A DNA stretch of 54,616 bases, the filler included, from Sphacelaria rigidula (taxonomy: Eukaryota), in NCBI GenBank assembly GCA_964200075.2. It is 4 parts of 4 records of this genome, joined end to end, with 100 filler letters (N's around TTAATTAATTAA, not from the genome) between each part and the next. Parts side by side here need not be neighbours in the genome. Positions count along the whole stretch, not along the records: positions 13,681 to 27,260 come from CAXNAA020002789.1; positions 27,361 to 40,938 come from CAXNAA020002790.1; 2 more parts are not named here. One strand, given 5' to 3'. The notes beneath the pieces were generated by a model. The model saw only the letters and a program-made list of their open reading frames with translations. It was not told the origin of the DNA and searched no databases. Each line of letters opens with the position of its first letter. The first letter of the stretch is position 1. A program made the translations under genes and the position numbers. Positions 23,990 to 36,407 of this stretch are shown here, piece by piece.

Positions 23990-25625
23990 GGAGGCGCAGC
24001 GGTATCACACAAGAAGTGCCCTGCTGCGCCCATTCCGAGACGTTTTTGGCCGAAATTGCACCAGGATCCCCTGCACACAAGTACGCTCAACGCCCCGAGG
24101 GATGCCGATGTATTTCTGTATTTTCACGGAGTTAGACTGCTTCTTATGTTTAAAAAAACTAAACACCCACTCATATTGTGACCAGAAAACGCGTTTTCTG
24201 AGCGATTTTTTTCTGATGACATTTTCCGATAGCCCAAAGTTATCAGAAAATTGTGATTTTCTGATAACCTTGGGCTATCGAAAAACGTTATTGAAAAAGC
24301 GGTTGAACCTCGTTTGAACACGTTTGAACACACATTACAGCCCACGACAGCACCTGTGATGGCTTGGCTGCCATCACTACTAATGCTGTCGCCGGTGCTC
24401 GCGGGCATTCAGCGTTTTGCATCATTGTCCTTCGCTCGCCAGTAGCGTGGTGGCTCTTTACCCCATGAGAACAGCAGAGGGCAGGGTCGATGACGACTGC
24501 TGTACAGACGGGACAGTCTATGCTGTATGTCGTCCGTACAAAATTGTAGCCCAGTTCAGGTCTGTGCACGCAGCGTGTCGTCAGCAACGGCCGTCGCAAT
24601 GCTTTACAGACCGCCCACGCACCCAAGCCTTGTAGAGACAGGACCGGCCAGACAGTACACACAAGACTATGAGATAGGTAGTGCTACTACTGTGGCAGAT
24701 CCAACGCATACAACACAACAGTAGTGTCTGTACCGTTGTCTGTGCTGCCCGTACAACGGAGTACTATAGCAGTGCAGCGAACTTGCAGCTCAGTTGAGAT
24801 CTGTGCATGCAGCATGTTGCAAACAGACGTCGCTTTGCAGTACAGACTGCCTACGCACCCAAGCCTTGTGGATACAGGACCGTAGTGACAGTATACACAA
24901 GACTATGAACAGTGCTACTGTTGTACTACAGCCGATGCATGCAATACAGCCCTATTGTGTGTACCATTGTGTGTGCTGTCCTTTCAGTCAAGTACTACCG
25001 TGCAGTGAAAAAGCACAACCGTCACTTTACAGTCAGTTGGTAGAGCAAAGCGGTGTTCTTATTGATGGTCTTGCGTCACGCAGCCCACCATGTATTGCTC
25101 AGGCAATGTATCGCAGTAGTACAAATAGTCAGTACGGACCGTACACCACGACAGGACAGCAGAGTGCTGCGTCTCTCTCGCGCGCCCCAGAATTTGAAAT
25201 TATGCCTGCACACTTGTTAGAAAACGCTGAACAGTGCGTTTTCAACGTTGATAGTGCGTCGATCACGTAACAAGGGTTACTTTGAAAAATTATATTGCAA
25301 AACGCGTTGTTGGAAAAGGGCTTTTCTGACAACGTGTTTTTTTATACATAAGAAGTAGCCTTACAGCATTTTCCCAGTTTCTGCAAAACCTTGAAATTGC
25401 TCTAACTTTCTATTTTTCTTCTTTTTTTCGTTACATCCCCCGGAAGGTTGTGCGTATTGATGATTGAAATTTTGCGTCAAAATTTCAGCGCTCAACTTCT
25501 CGAATCACCCACAGGGGGCCCAGGAAACATTCAAAAATCACTGTCAGCTGGCCCAGCTCGTAGTACATCCCGGCTCAAAACTGCTGAAATCGGGCAGGGC
25601 ATTCCACATTTTGTGTTTCACCATT
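23990..25625. mobile_element. Old foldback-type element with internal hairpin and tandem duplication
   Basis: Degenerate inverted arms (CTGCTTCTTATGTTTAAAAAAAC at about 24138 vs GTTTTTTTATACATAAGAAGTAG at about 25336; GTACGCTCAAC..GGGATG vs CATCCC..GTTGTGCGTAT). Hairpin at 24222-24286; about 240-bp direct duplication at about 24545 and 24783. Confidence 0.55.
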
Positions 25626-26579
25626 CGAGCAACGAGCACTCAACCATGGAAGTACGCACAACAGGAGATGATTTTTGCTCTCTGCGCCGTCTTCACCACC
25701 TGCCTACCCTCCTCCAATGCTGTGAAGAGCTGTACACAGTTGTTGTGTAACACTGAACAAAGATACAAGTGACGAATACTGTGCTATATTATGCAGTGGA
25801 GAGCGAGGGTTCTGTACTAGTCTGTTGTGTTCTGCCGCTGATGAAAAGAGTTTGTTTGCACTGCACGGTACGGCAGCAGCACAGTATGATAGAGTACGGT
25901 TGAGACTATGAGACATGCAGCGTAAGATCGAAAGATGCAGGAGGTGCGCCGACGACGCCTTGAAGGTGCCAGGATTGCTGATGTTGCTTGCGTACATCGT
26001 TGCAGTAGTGGTAGTCAGCGTACACCATGTACTTGCGCATGGCAGCATGTATGGCCTACTCTAGAGAACCAAATGTATATTCACGTGGCTTGACGACAAA
26101 ATTAAACGGGCAGGGATTTCATATAAACGCTCAACATCCACCTGTTCAGATGAATAGACCTCCTAGGCGTGGTGTTCGATTTGAAAAGCAAGATCCAAAG
26201 TCAAAACTGGCCATGGCCGATATCGGGCAATCTGAGCGGGACTTGGACTCGAAACTGGCCATGCGCACAAGTCGCACATGATCACATTTGGACACGACGA
26301 CGGCAGAGTTAAAAATTCCGTATGAACACCTTCACCTCTAACCTGGGCACAGATCTCAGGTGGCTGTCCCTGCACCAGACGGCAAAAACGAACCTCTCGC
26401 ATGCCACGCTTGAACCGGTTGAGGAACATGCGCACATGAGAGACATGTGTAGTGCCGCGCTTGTGAGGAAACTATTTTTTTTCAGCCAACGCGCATTGTT
26501 TTCTCTGTTGCCTCCTGGTGCCCTCCACCAAAACTGACAAACCATTTGTACGGCGCAGCGTGTGCTCCTGTCGCTACCG

Positions 26580-27101
26580 ATGTAGGAGCTGCTCGCTGCT
26601 GTACTGCAGCTGGTCTCATCAAGCGTTGACTGGGAAGTCATCAGCTGCTACGACTTCGATTGTTTGACAGCTGCGGTTTTAGGGTTGTTCATCTGCTGCG
26701 TGTGCCAATGGTCCGTAAGCCGGTTTGGTGCGCGGAACTTTGCCACAGTCGAAGCGAAGATCGCTGGGATAGAGAGTAGAGTACTTTTCAAAATTGTATT
26801 TGCGGACATACGTGAAAGTTATCAGAGTTTCGAAGCTAGGGGCAAGTACGGGATCCTCAGGAGTGGAAATTTGAGGAGTAGATATCCTTTTGCTCACACC
26901 ATCTTCTGCGCTTTGTTCGTGGCTAGCAGTGGTGGCTGGCCCATTCTCGGACAAGCGTTGGAGCTGGCAAAGGGGGCGCCCTGGGACGTGATGACACGGT
27001 GGGCGATGGAATATGGCAGCATCTACAGGTTTTCCCTATTCGGGCACACCAACGTGGTGTTGTCGGACCCTGCCTACATGAAGGAGGTCATGAGAAACAA
27101 G
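26580..27101 (+). CDS. Cytochrome P450, N-terminal fragment (3' cut by contig end; possible pseudogene)
   Basis: Exon about 26930-27101 encodes GGWPILGQALELAKGAPWDVMTRWAMEYGSIYRFSLFGHTNVVLSDPAYMKEVMRNK and ends AAG|gtatga. This is the typical P450 N-terminal segment (WPILG...YG.IY......VVLSDP...KEV). An upstream in-frame hydrophobic anchor (LTAAVLGLFICCVCQW) is present, but the in-frame ATG at 26580 is followed directly by TAG. Confidence 0.8.
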
Positions 27102-27130
27102 GTATGAAGAGCATCTCTTCCTTCGTGCTA

Positions 27131-27260
27131 CGAGCTGGGCCAGCCGAGAAGCGATTCTGCAGTTTGCAGGCTCATTATACGGCCAATACTTGGAGTTGGA
27201 CCCTGAAATTTGGTATGGACAATGAGTAGGGCATACTGAAGAAAATTACTGGCGTACACA
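27131..27260. mobile_element. Left end of a TA-flanked MITE in the P450 intron, cut by contig end
   Basis: TA|CGAGCTGGGCC terminus and GAGTTGGAC..TGAAATTTGGTA..TAGGGCATACTGAA, shared with 52439-53602. Confidence 0.65.
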
Positions 27261-27360
27261 NNNNNNNNNNNNNNNNNNNNNNNNNNNNNNNNNNNNNNNN
27301 NNNNTTAATTAATTAANNNNNNNNNNNNNNNNNNNNNNNNNNNNNNNNNNNNNNNNNNNN
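27261..27360. other. Artificial assembly linker
   Basis: Same 100-bp N/TTAATTAATTAA/N spacer. Confidence 0.97.
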
Positions 27361-30352
27361 GGGGGGAGGGGGGGTAGTAGCACTGTTGGGACCGTATCCG
27401 GGCTGGCAAGTTCCGGTCCTATACTAAATCCTATATACTCGATGCAACCAAGCTCAATCACAAGTTACTTGGTTTTAGAGTGGGCTGAACGGGGGAGAAG
27501 AGTGAATTCACTTTAAGAGCACACCCAAGCAAACGCACAAGCAGCAAAAAACAAAACAGCAGTTGCGGTCTCGGCATGTCTTGATTTGGTGTTGGGCTTG
27601 AAGTACGCTATGTAAGCAAACATGAACCGCTTGATCGATTGCTTGATGCAACCTGATCATGAATCCTAGCAGCAAACCGAAGTGAATCAGATGACTAGAG
27701 TTCGGCACCGTAACACCAGAACAAGCAGGGGCAAGGACTTTTCGCAAAAACGCGGCAAGACTAAAAAATGAAACCGTCAAAAACGCGGTGGGGGGAAACG
27801 GGTTGAATAAGTTGGGGCAAAAGATCGAGGCGGGGGAGGAGGGCAGTTGCGACGCACCACAAAACCTTCACCCGTCTGTGACCGCAGCAACCACTACAAC
27901 GGCCGCACTGGTGTGGCTGAGGGGGTGTAGCCGGAGGATCTGCGTAATTAATTTGGCGTAATCATTTTCACTTGCTTGCTTGAGTCATCTTGAATAATCA
28001 AAGAGCCTTTGACAAATTAATCGAAAACAACCCTCAACACTGCTCACACCATTGCAAACCATCCAAGTTTATTCATGAAACACACGAACAAACCACGCAC
28101 GGCTCGTGCGCATTGTTCCGACAACGTGTTGCTGAGCAACTAATCCCCAAAGGCTGATAAATAGGTGTCTCGTTTGAGAAGAAAAAAAATCAAATCAGGA
28201 GCTGCTGAGGGGGGGAGGGGTAGTGTGGGTCCAGGGATATTTTTTTCACCCGCCCTTGAGTGTGCGTGCTTTTCTTTGCCTGCAACACTGTCGTGTACTT
28301 ACGGCTACACATCGATGGCCTACCCAGGGATGCCACAGCCTTCAGTGGCAACTACTACAGAAAGTGTATCGGGCTTCGCACAAGGCCCGTAGGAAGAGGA
28401 GCATTTCGGAACTGAACCTGTTTCATTGATCACTTGACCGCTCATCATTCTAAGATCGTATTCTAGACTCAATCTTACGAAAACATTATTTTTGGAATGC
28501 GTGGCAGTATGTACGTAATCAAACTTGTCCAATGTACAGCGGCATGAGAGGAATGTTTCGATAGCTGATATCCTCGTTCTCATTATTTTCAAATGGTTGT
28601 TTAACAAAACGGATTTTTTTCTTCATTTATACGTACAGCTAATGACTTTCAATCTTCTACTAACTCCTTGACCGTGAGGGTTGGTGATATGTTGAATTGG
28701 CATCACCACACCTGGCGTTCAGCAATATCAGTGTGTCATGGTTAGTAGTGGCACATGGAAACATGCCCCTACTCAAACCTGACTTAATCAGAGACTACAC
28801 TCTCAATCTCGTGAAAATGTTCTTGACAGCGCTCCAAGCACCCTGGATCATTTTCACCCGGAATAACACCAAGTAGGTAGTTCGGGCCTCTCATGTGTAG
28901 TTTTGGCCCTGTGCGTGCATCAAGCTGCATGAAACGAGCAGCAAATGGTAGGGAGAAGGGCTTGCGTCGCGTTGGGAGACAAGACACAAGTACCCGCGAA
29001 ACAGTCCCAACAAACGGACATGACACGGAAAAATCATGCAGACATCACCAGGTCAAGCAATATTCACCTACAAAAATAACAGCTCACTCGTGGTCACTCC
29101 TGCAGCTCATGATGATACTGTATAGAACAGTCCGAGTGTTTTTTAGCTGCTTTGCAGCCACTGCGGAAGAACATCGTTCTCGACCCAAATGGGGATTCGA
29201 TGCCCGGATTCAGTTACCAAGAGGTACGACGCGCACTCATTGAACAACGGTACTGTGCAATTTCCAGAGAGTGGATGAAGGAAGAATCCCTTTCCATTGT
29301 AAATCCACACATTTCTGCTACTAGACTCTCCACCGAAACACGAACAAAAACAGCACAGCACAACAACTCATACATCAAATACTTTTCTTTCGTGCGTGTG
29401 TGGTAAACGGTCGGCAGCTGCTTCTATGCCCCGTCGCTCGCTTACTTTCCTCCACGGCTTTCTCGACACATGGGACGATGGATGAATGCACACTCAGAGA
29501 GAAAGACACCAAATGACACAATGACAAAGTGAGCACAATAGACGAGAAACGGAAACAAAAAAGTAGACGTCTACCGTACCGTAGATCTTTCTTCTGGTTA
29601 CACCGTTGACCATACCTTGCAGACAGGTGGTCAAGACAAGTTTTGGTGTGTGCAGCACAAAAAAATGAAGTACGTACGTTACAACAGTGCTGTACCACGT
29701 CAGAGTCCATGTAAGATACCACCAATCACCTGTATACTGTGGGAACGGGCGACTCTGCGACAAATAAGCCAACAGCAACACCAAAAGCTACACATCGCCA
29801 CGGCTTCTCGCCGCTGCGACGGCGCAAAAACAACTACTTTACGACGCTCTGACCCATCCCTCCCACCATTCATCCACTATTTTCACATAATACGAGGAAG
29901 GTTGATAAATGTACGCGTGATCTACTTGTTGTTGACAGGCCGCGAGTCTAGCCTGCTTACCCCACCAGATGCAATACAGTAGAGAGATGTATATCTTACT
30001 TCTTTTGTCTCTCGCGAATAATGAAAAATCTACAGCATTTCATAATCTCCGCGCCGGGGTGTACCGCCAACCTTCCCCCCCTCACCTCCACGCACCGTGA
30101 CCTCAGGTACATACACTATTATACCGTCCAACGAATAGTGTTCAACAACCGACGACCTATAGCATTAGAACTCGAGTACAGATCACGGCCGAAGAAGCCA
30201 GTCTACCACATGTGACGACTTCAAAACAAAAAACAGAAGAGCATCCAATACGGCTTTGCCTCTTGACTAATCTCTCCAGAAAAAGGAAGCGATGCTTCCT
30301 CATCTACAGTGAACCTATGGTGTGCAACCATTCCCCGACAAGCGTGTAGCTG

Positions 30353-33300
30353 TCATTCTGTGGGAAACGGGTTAGCACGGCGAGGGTTATTGGACCTCGG
30401 GTTGCTGGACTTCTTCGTCACAGGCTCGACATTGTCGCTTTCATTTTCACCTTCACTGTGCGACGGGGTTGTGGCGGCAGCCTTCACCGCAGCGGAGATG
30501 GCGGCAGAGACAGACGCGACAGAAACGACGGACACAAGATCGACGGTGGCGCTTTCCTCCGACTCTAGTGTGCTCAAAGGGGCCTGAAGGTCATATAGAC
30601 TGTCCGGCGATCCCTGCTCAGAGACGGCGTCACTGGCTGAAGTCGACGTTTCGCTAGTTTTTGGGCGTGAGACCTTTTTTTCCGGCGACTCATGAGCGGT
30701 GGGAGCTGCTTCCACCTTGCTGTCAGCGCTTGTGCTATTTACGGCTGGCTCTTCGCTAGTCCTGTAACCATCAGTAGAACCGGAAGATGTTGGGGGGTCC
30801 GAACGCTCGAAGTTGAAGGTGATGTCTTTTCGCGTCGGTGCTGCGGACGAAGTGCTGGTTGATGGGTCACCGACGCTGATACTACTTACAGTGTCGCCCG
30901 CTTCCCCAGATCTTGTGAACATATTACTCTCGGTAGTAAGGCCATGCTTGGCACCACCACCACCAAGCGCCACATCAGCATCCGTGTGCCGTGCACTAGC
31001 TTCTTTGCTCAGCCCTGCATGACCATTGGCGCTGGCATACCCCTTGGTACTACTTGTATCAGCAAGTCCACGCGTGTCAAAGTTAGTCCCCGCGTCACCA
31101 TACCCAGCTTCATCGCTGCTTCCTTTCCCGGCACCACCACTGTCCGATGCGTCGCTGCCACCCCCACTGCTCTCTCCGGTCCCGTTTGATTTGCCGTCTG
31201 TGTCGCTATCGCCGTCATGATGGTATGCGTCGACACCATCATCTCCGTCGTCACCGTCATCACCGTTATCTCCGTCACTATCATCATCACCATTACCGTC
31301 ATCAGCATCGCCACCATTACCGTCATCAGCATCGCCACCGTCATCGTCGTCATCATCGTCGTCATCGTCATCGTCATCGCTGTCTGACTCTCCTGGCATG
31401 GACATGCCACCGCTACGCTTCGGGTGCGACCCCGCATGGTTGAGAGTCTTCTGAAGCCCTACCCCTCCCTCGTAGTAGCACTTGAGTCGTGCGGCGAAGC
31501 AAATAAAATCCATCAACCCTGCGGATACGAATAAATGCGCAGCAAAACCGTTTGCAAAAATTGTTGGGGGAGAAACGTACACCGGATGAAATGTTTCCAT
31601 CAAGACATGGACCGCGCTGCAGCAGCCCTGATTGAGGCATGTGTGCTACTAATAGAGGGCGGCGGCGAGCAGCGTCGTTTTACACCACCATATGCGCTTC
31701 ATTGACGACCTCACCCGATAGGCGGGCTACACCGATTGACGTACTGCCGACGTTCTTGACAAAACCTTGCTAGTGTGAAATGCACAGGGTCAAAGTGTAA
31801 GATAAACGAGAGCAGGAATCGGCTGCCAACGCTGGGCCAAAATGCGCGGGGAAGCTGTTGCATAGTGTACTTATTTTCACACGTCGGACAGATCATGATC
31901 CGTCTGAAAATTACTTCTTCTCAGTATACTGATGTGGATCATGACCCGGATCATCTGACCCTACTTTTCCATGTTTGCTCCTTACGGTGCCGGACGCTGA
32001 GCATGCCGAGTAGTGCAAAGGTTGCGCTTTGGCTTTACTGACTCCGCTGTCACATATTTTGTGTTTTTGAACCAACGGACTCAAGAGTCTTCTTTCATTA
32101 CTTGTTTCAGACAGATCATGATCTGTATGACGTGTGCTTATTTTCACGACATTTGTTCAAGACCAAGACCAAGAGCATCGGCCGCATGTCACGTCGTACG
32201 TCGAAGCAGAATACTACTCGACATTCATCCAGTGCAGAGCGGGATTTCCTAGCGATACGACACAAACGAAACACCCATGCGGGAAACCGCCTCTGTACAG
32301 TGCACAGTACGGTACTCAATTCGAGCGAGCGTACACCCTCCAAAACACAAACGAATCCCATCAATATCGAGACTGCTGTGATCCTCCGACCGTATGCTCC
32401 CCACTTGACCGCTCGACTTGCCTATTTTTCCATCGCAGTCCACATCAACAGCCTTAATGCAGGCTTCTATTTCCCTTTCTTGAGCGTAGTCATCTTGCTC
32501 GTCTGCGTATTCCTCCAGAGCCACTCCGTCGATGAACTCGCTGCCTCGCTGATGGATCAACAAACACGCCAACAGAGTCGTGCGTCGAGACACGATGTAT
32601 AATATAGCCTTGACTCGGTTGTAAAAGTAGTGAAACAATGGGCAAGCGAGTCCCTTACTACGCACCGTTTCTGAACAAGGTACCTGTTACTTGTAGGGGT
32701 AGGGGTGCTGTTGACGCCCTGACCTTCAATACGGGAAATGGTCAACACAATCCTTCGAAGGGTGAGAGGCTGCTGCTTAAATTTGACGAGCGTCCACGAA
32801 TTAAAGAGCATTCGCCATGATACGCTGGTCGCTCTCGAAGCGCATGGCATTACAACCCACGGGACGTCAGCAACTGGTCCATTTGGTGCTTCCTCACCTG
32901 GTCCATCAAAGCGAAGAGAAGCTTGAGGCCCAATATTTCCGCGTGCGTGAAGGCGCAATCCTCCTGCCAGTGTTCGTGTTGCGGAGGACAAGATTCAACA
33001 TGCACACGACACACGTGTGCAGGAAGCAATACAAGCGGGTTGGAGGTGGAGAGCGTTGTGCCGTAGCATATATCAACACGAGCATAGGGTCATCGCCCGT
33101 GGACACGTACAAAATTGGACATAGGCCCCAAATCACGGTGCGGAGACTTTCATGGTTGGCAAACACCGCCAAAACAAATGGCGGTGTGCTATCGTGCTTC
33201 TCCGACGAGGACTCATGAAAGCAACGAAGGCATGACGCAAGATGCACTTTGCCCAACTCCGTGTGGCGAACTGAGATCGAACGGGCGAAGGGTGACAGGA

Positions 33301-36300
33301 AAATGGAATCCTACCCTTCCACGTTGGAGCGGCAGATACAAGCCCTGCAGAATCAACATCCCCGACATACGTACCGCTTGCGTTCCCCTTCTTCGTAAAG
33401 TCGCCGGTGATGGTAATTCGGCGCTATCCACCCGTTCTAAAGCGATCCGTGACGAGGGAGATCCTGAAACTCCCGCGGATGATGCCGCTGATGACGAGTT
33501 TACAGCACTTGTAGCTCCATCTCGTGACCTGCAAGTCAACATGTAAAATACACGCACAGGCACTTGAGTTTCCGACGGCCATTGGCAACCGATCCAGAGT
33601 GTCGATTAGCTTCAGACTTTGCAACGATAGCATTCACGATAGGCTGAGCACAAAAAGGGCTACACTGACCGAGGCCGCACCACCACAGGTAGCACGACTA
33701 GTACCGACTAGGACGATATCGGGTGGTGTGGCTTGCAAGCACAAGAAGACATTAACTTTCAATCAACAGACAACAAACACGAAACGGGGCTAGTGACCAC
33801 GCGAATCTCGTGTGTCCAAATGTGGCCACATCGTGGACTACTGGTGAAATAGTCTGCGTACCTTGGTACCTTCGGGGCGGCACTGCCGACTGCCACTTCA
33901 GCAGCTGTCCGTTCCCTCTGCACGATAATATCATCCACCTGTTGGTGTTTGCAGCACAGCGTAACAAAATCAGTGCAGTTTGTCAGTAAGCAGCTACGAA
34001 CAGGAGTGAATGCTCCGCTGAGGCATGAGAAAAAACGCCAGCAACTCCAGCGACTCACCAACTTAGCATGAACTCACCACGAGCGACGTACGTTTCATTA
34101 AACTCGCGTAGCGTCCTCCCCAACGCGGTACTCCACACGAAACAACACAGCGACGGATGATGTACGTGTCGCCGGAAGACAGCGCGCTACAAGAACTACG
34201 CAACATTGGCAAGTTGCAGGCAGCCAACACGTACACCTCGCCGACGCCTCCAAGTACACACCTACAGTGAGCCGCAATCCTCGTTATGTTATCCGTGGTA
34301 GTTTTGGTGGTCTACTGTCCAAGTTTATGCGCCCCATATTTACAGGGCTTCATGCTGTACAGATGTTTTTACTGTACGTTCTTATGTAGAATCATTCCCT
34401 TCTACAGGAGTATATATACAGTACCCCCAAATGAGACAACGTGAGACAACATGGAACAATGTTGAACACACCCACCTCTCTACCCGTCTCACTGCCGACA
34501 GTTGACCTCCTGCCGCCGCTGTATTCTGGACATGACTCGTCCGTGGTGATTGCATCGGGCACGCTGGAGGTTGATGAAGTATCGGTAGACCCACCGCTCG
34601 CTCCACCAGGGATTCGCCATGGCGCTCTCGAACTCACTGCGCCACCCAGCATCCCAAAACCAGGAAGCAACGCAAAAGACGTGGTTGTCAAGCGTAGCCA
34701 AAAACAGCCGCCACAACATGATTACGGAGCTACAAAGGTCCGAGAACTGAGCGCTTGCGCCTGCCGCTGACCTCCATTTACAAAGCGTTTCGTATACTGT
34801 AGTGTATGAAAACGTACCATTCGTCCAGATGAATTTTTCGACGCCCTGCTGATGGCTACTCGACATCCAACACGTTTATGTAAACGACCGGTGAGCCGCT
34901 TCACAATTATAGCATGCTAGCAATGACTTCAGCTTTTCACAATACGGAACCTTCTACAATCTTCGAGTGAAGATTTTACATACATAGCAGCAGTAGTATG
35001 TCCGCAAAAAAAAAATTAGAAAAGGTGAACGGAGCACCGCGGTGCAATCAATGGACAACAAGTCGCATGATCGCATAACTTCTGGGAACCACACCTGCTT
35101 GGGCTGTTGCAGCGCCAGGTGGCGGAGGCGGCGGGAACCTCCCGTTGTTCCCTTCTCCTGCAGAAGAATGCCTCCTTGAAGAAACGCCGCCTACTCCACC
35201 ACTTCCAGTATTTACGCTGCCCGAAGTGGAGCCGCCATTCTTGTCCTTGTGATCGCGACCAAAACCACCACCACCCCCGTTGCCGCCGCGCCAGAGGGGA
35301 GCTGGTGACCCCATGCCGACCTGAGGCAAGTCGCGGAAGGGGACGGTCGGTTTGCTATTAATATGATGTGGTGCAAATGTATAATTTCCGGCGCATGCGA
35401 AATGGTGTGTCGGACACTCGAGTAGCACAGCAAGCAAACCGGATTGCAACAGCATCACTCCAACCAGCGGGCGGTACACATTAGAGGCCAGTCCACTCCC
35501 TGCCTCATTCAGCACATCGCAAAATGAGCAAGCATACTCCAACGCAGCAACTACCACAGCAAAAACGAACTCGGTAACTTGCTGAAATCCAAATTCATGC
35601 GCACGGGAGCTGGAGTCATTTTCACCAATTGCAGCGGGCAGCCGTAACTCCGACTGTAGCTAAAGCGAACACGCTTCGGTTCTTCTGTACCTCAGATGCT
35701 TTACTTGCAGGTACCAATGCACCGTAAACTCTAGTCGCACTGCACACCTTGTCCACCCAAACGCGGCGTGCCAACGCTGAATCCTTCCCGCGACCTATGC
35801 TTTTCGTGACGGTTTCGGTGCGCCCACGCTTTGTCAAAGCCTCGAAAACCTGCAATGCAGAGAAGTGGCGAGCACCAAGGCATTAAACACCCGACGGTTT
35901 TGGGCATGGGTCGTGCTGTGAGCGTCTCAAGCAGGGCGTCACGCGTAGCTGTCTGTGGCTCAGTTGGAATGGACGCAACCCGCCCGTGTCAAAACCGCAT
36001 GGAGATGTCGTGGCCGCAGCAATGCCAACTACCATCACGCAGCATCGATCGCGTTGTGCCCTCGTATTAATAGAAGCAGCTCGAATAGAAATATACGGGA
36101 GTGCTACATGTGGGAAGGTCCCTGGGTAGATGAGAACCAAGTACAGAACACAACCAAAACAGTAAAAACGCGAACTATGTACAGATTGCTACTGCTGCCA
36201 CGTGTATTCTGCAGAATTGTGCCATTTGCCGGATATCCTAGCATGCCACCTCAAAGTACACGACCCTGTAGCGCATTAACACGCGAACTCACGCTGATCT

Positions 36301-36407
36301 TTTGCTTCGTGGATGTCTGAGGACCCCCGGCGCGGGGGCTACTGGCTGCCAACTTGGCCTTGGACTCAATGGACGCCGTGAGCTGCTGGACGATACCAGC
36401 TGACCCA
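30353..36407 (-). CDS. EF-hand pair protein with long low-complexity regions; multi-exon, 5' end unresolved
   Basis: Phase-consistent exon chain: 36293-36407, 35748-35849, 35095-35320, 34476-34636, 33862-33938, 33375-33528, 32898-32963 (EDCAFTHAEILGLKLLFALMDQ), 32422-32548 (RGSEFIDGVALEEY...EIEACIKAVDVDCDGKIG, GC donor), 30353-31518 (LMDFICFAARLK then Asp/Gly/Ser-rich tail to stop). Splicing rebuilds two EF-hand-like loops, DQRGSEFIDGVAL and DVDCDGKIGLMDF. The EF-hand exons are well supported; the upstream exons rest on splice sites and phase only. Confidence 0.72.

Noticed and set aside
33110..33270. Extra exon (RHTELGKVHL...) in the EF-hand gene
   Set aside because: Phases do not fit, and the flanking exons join in frame without it.
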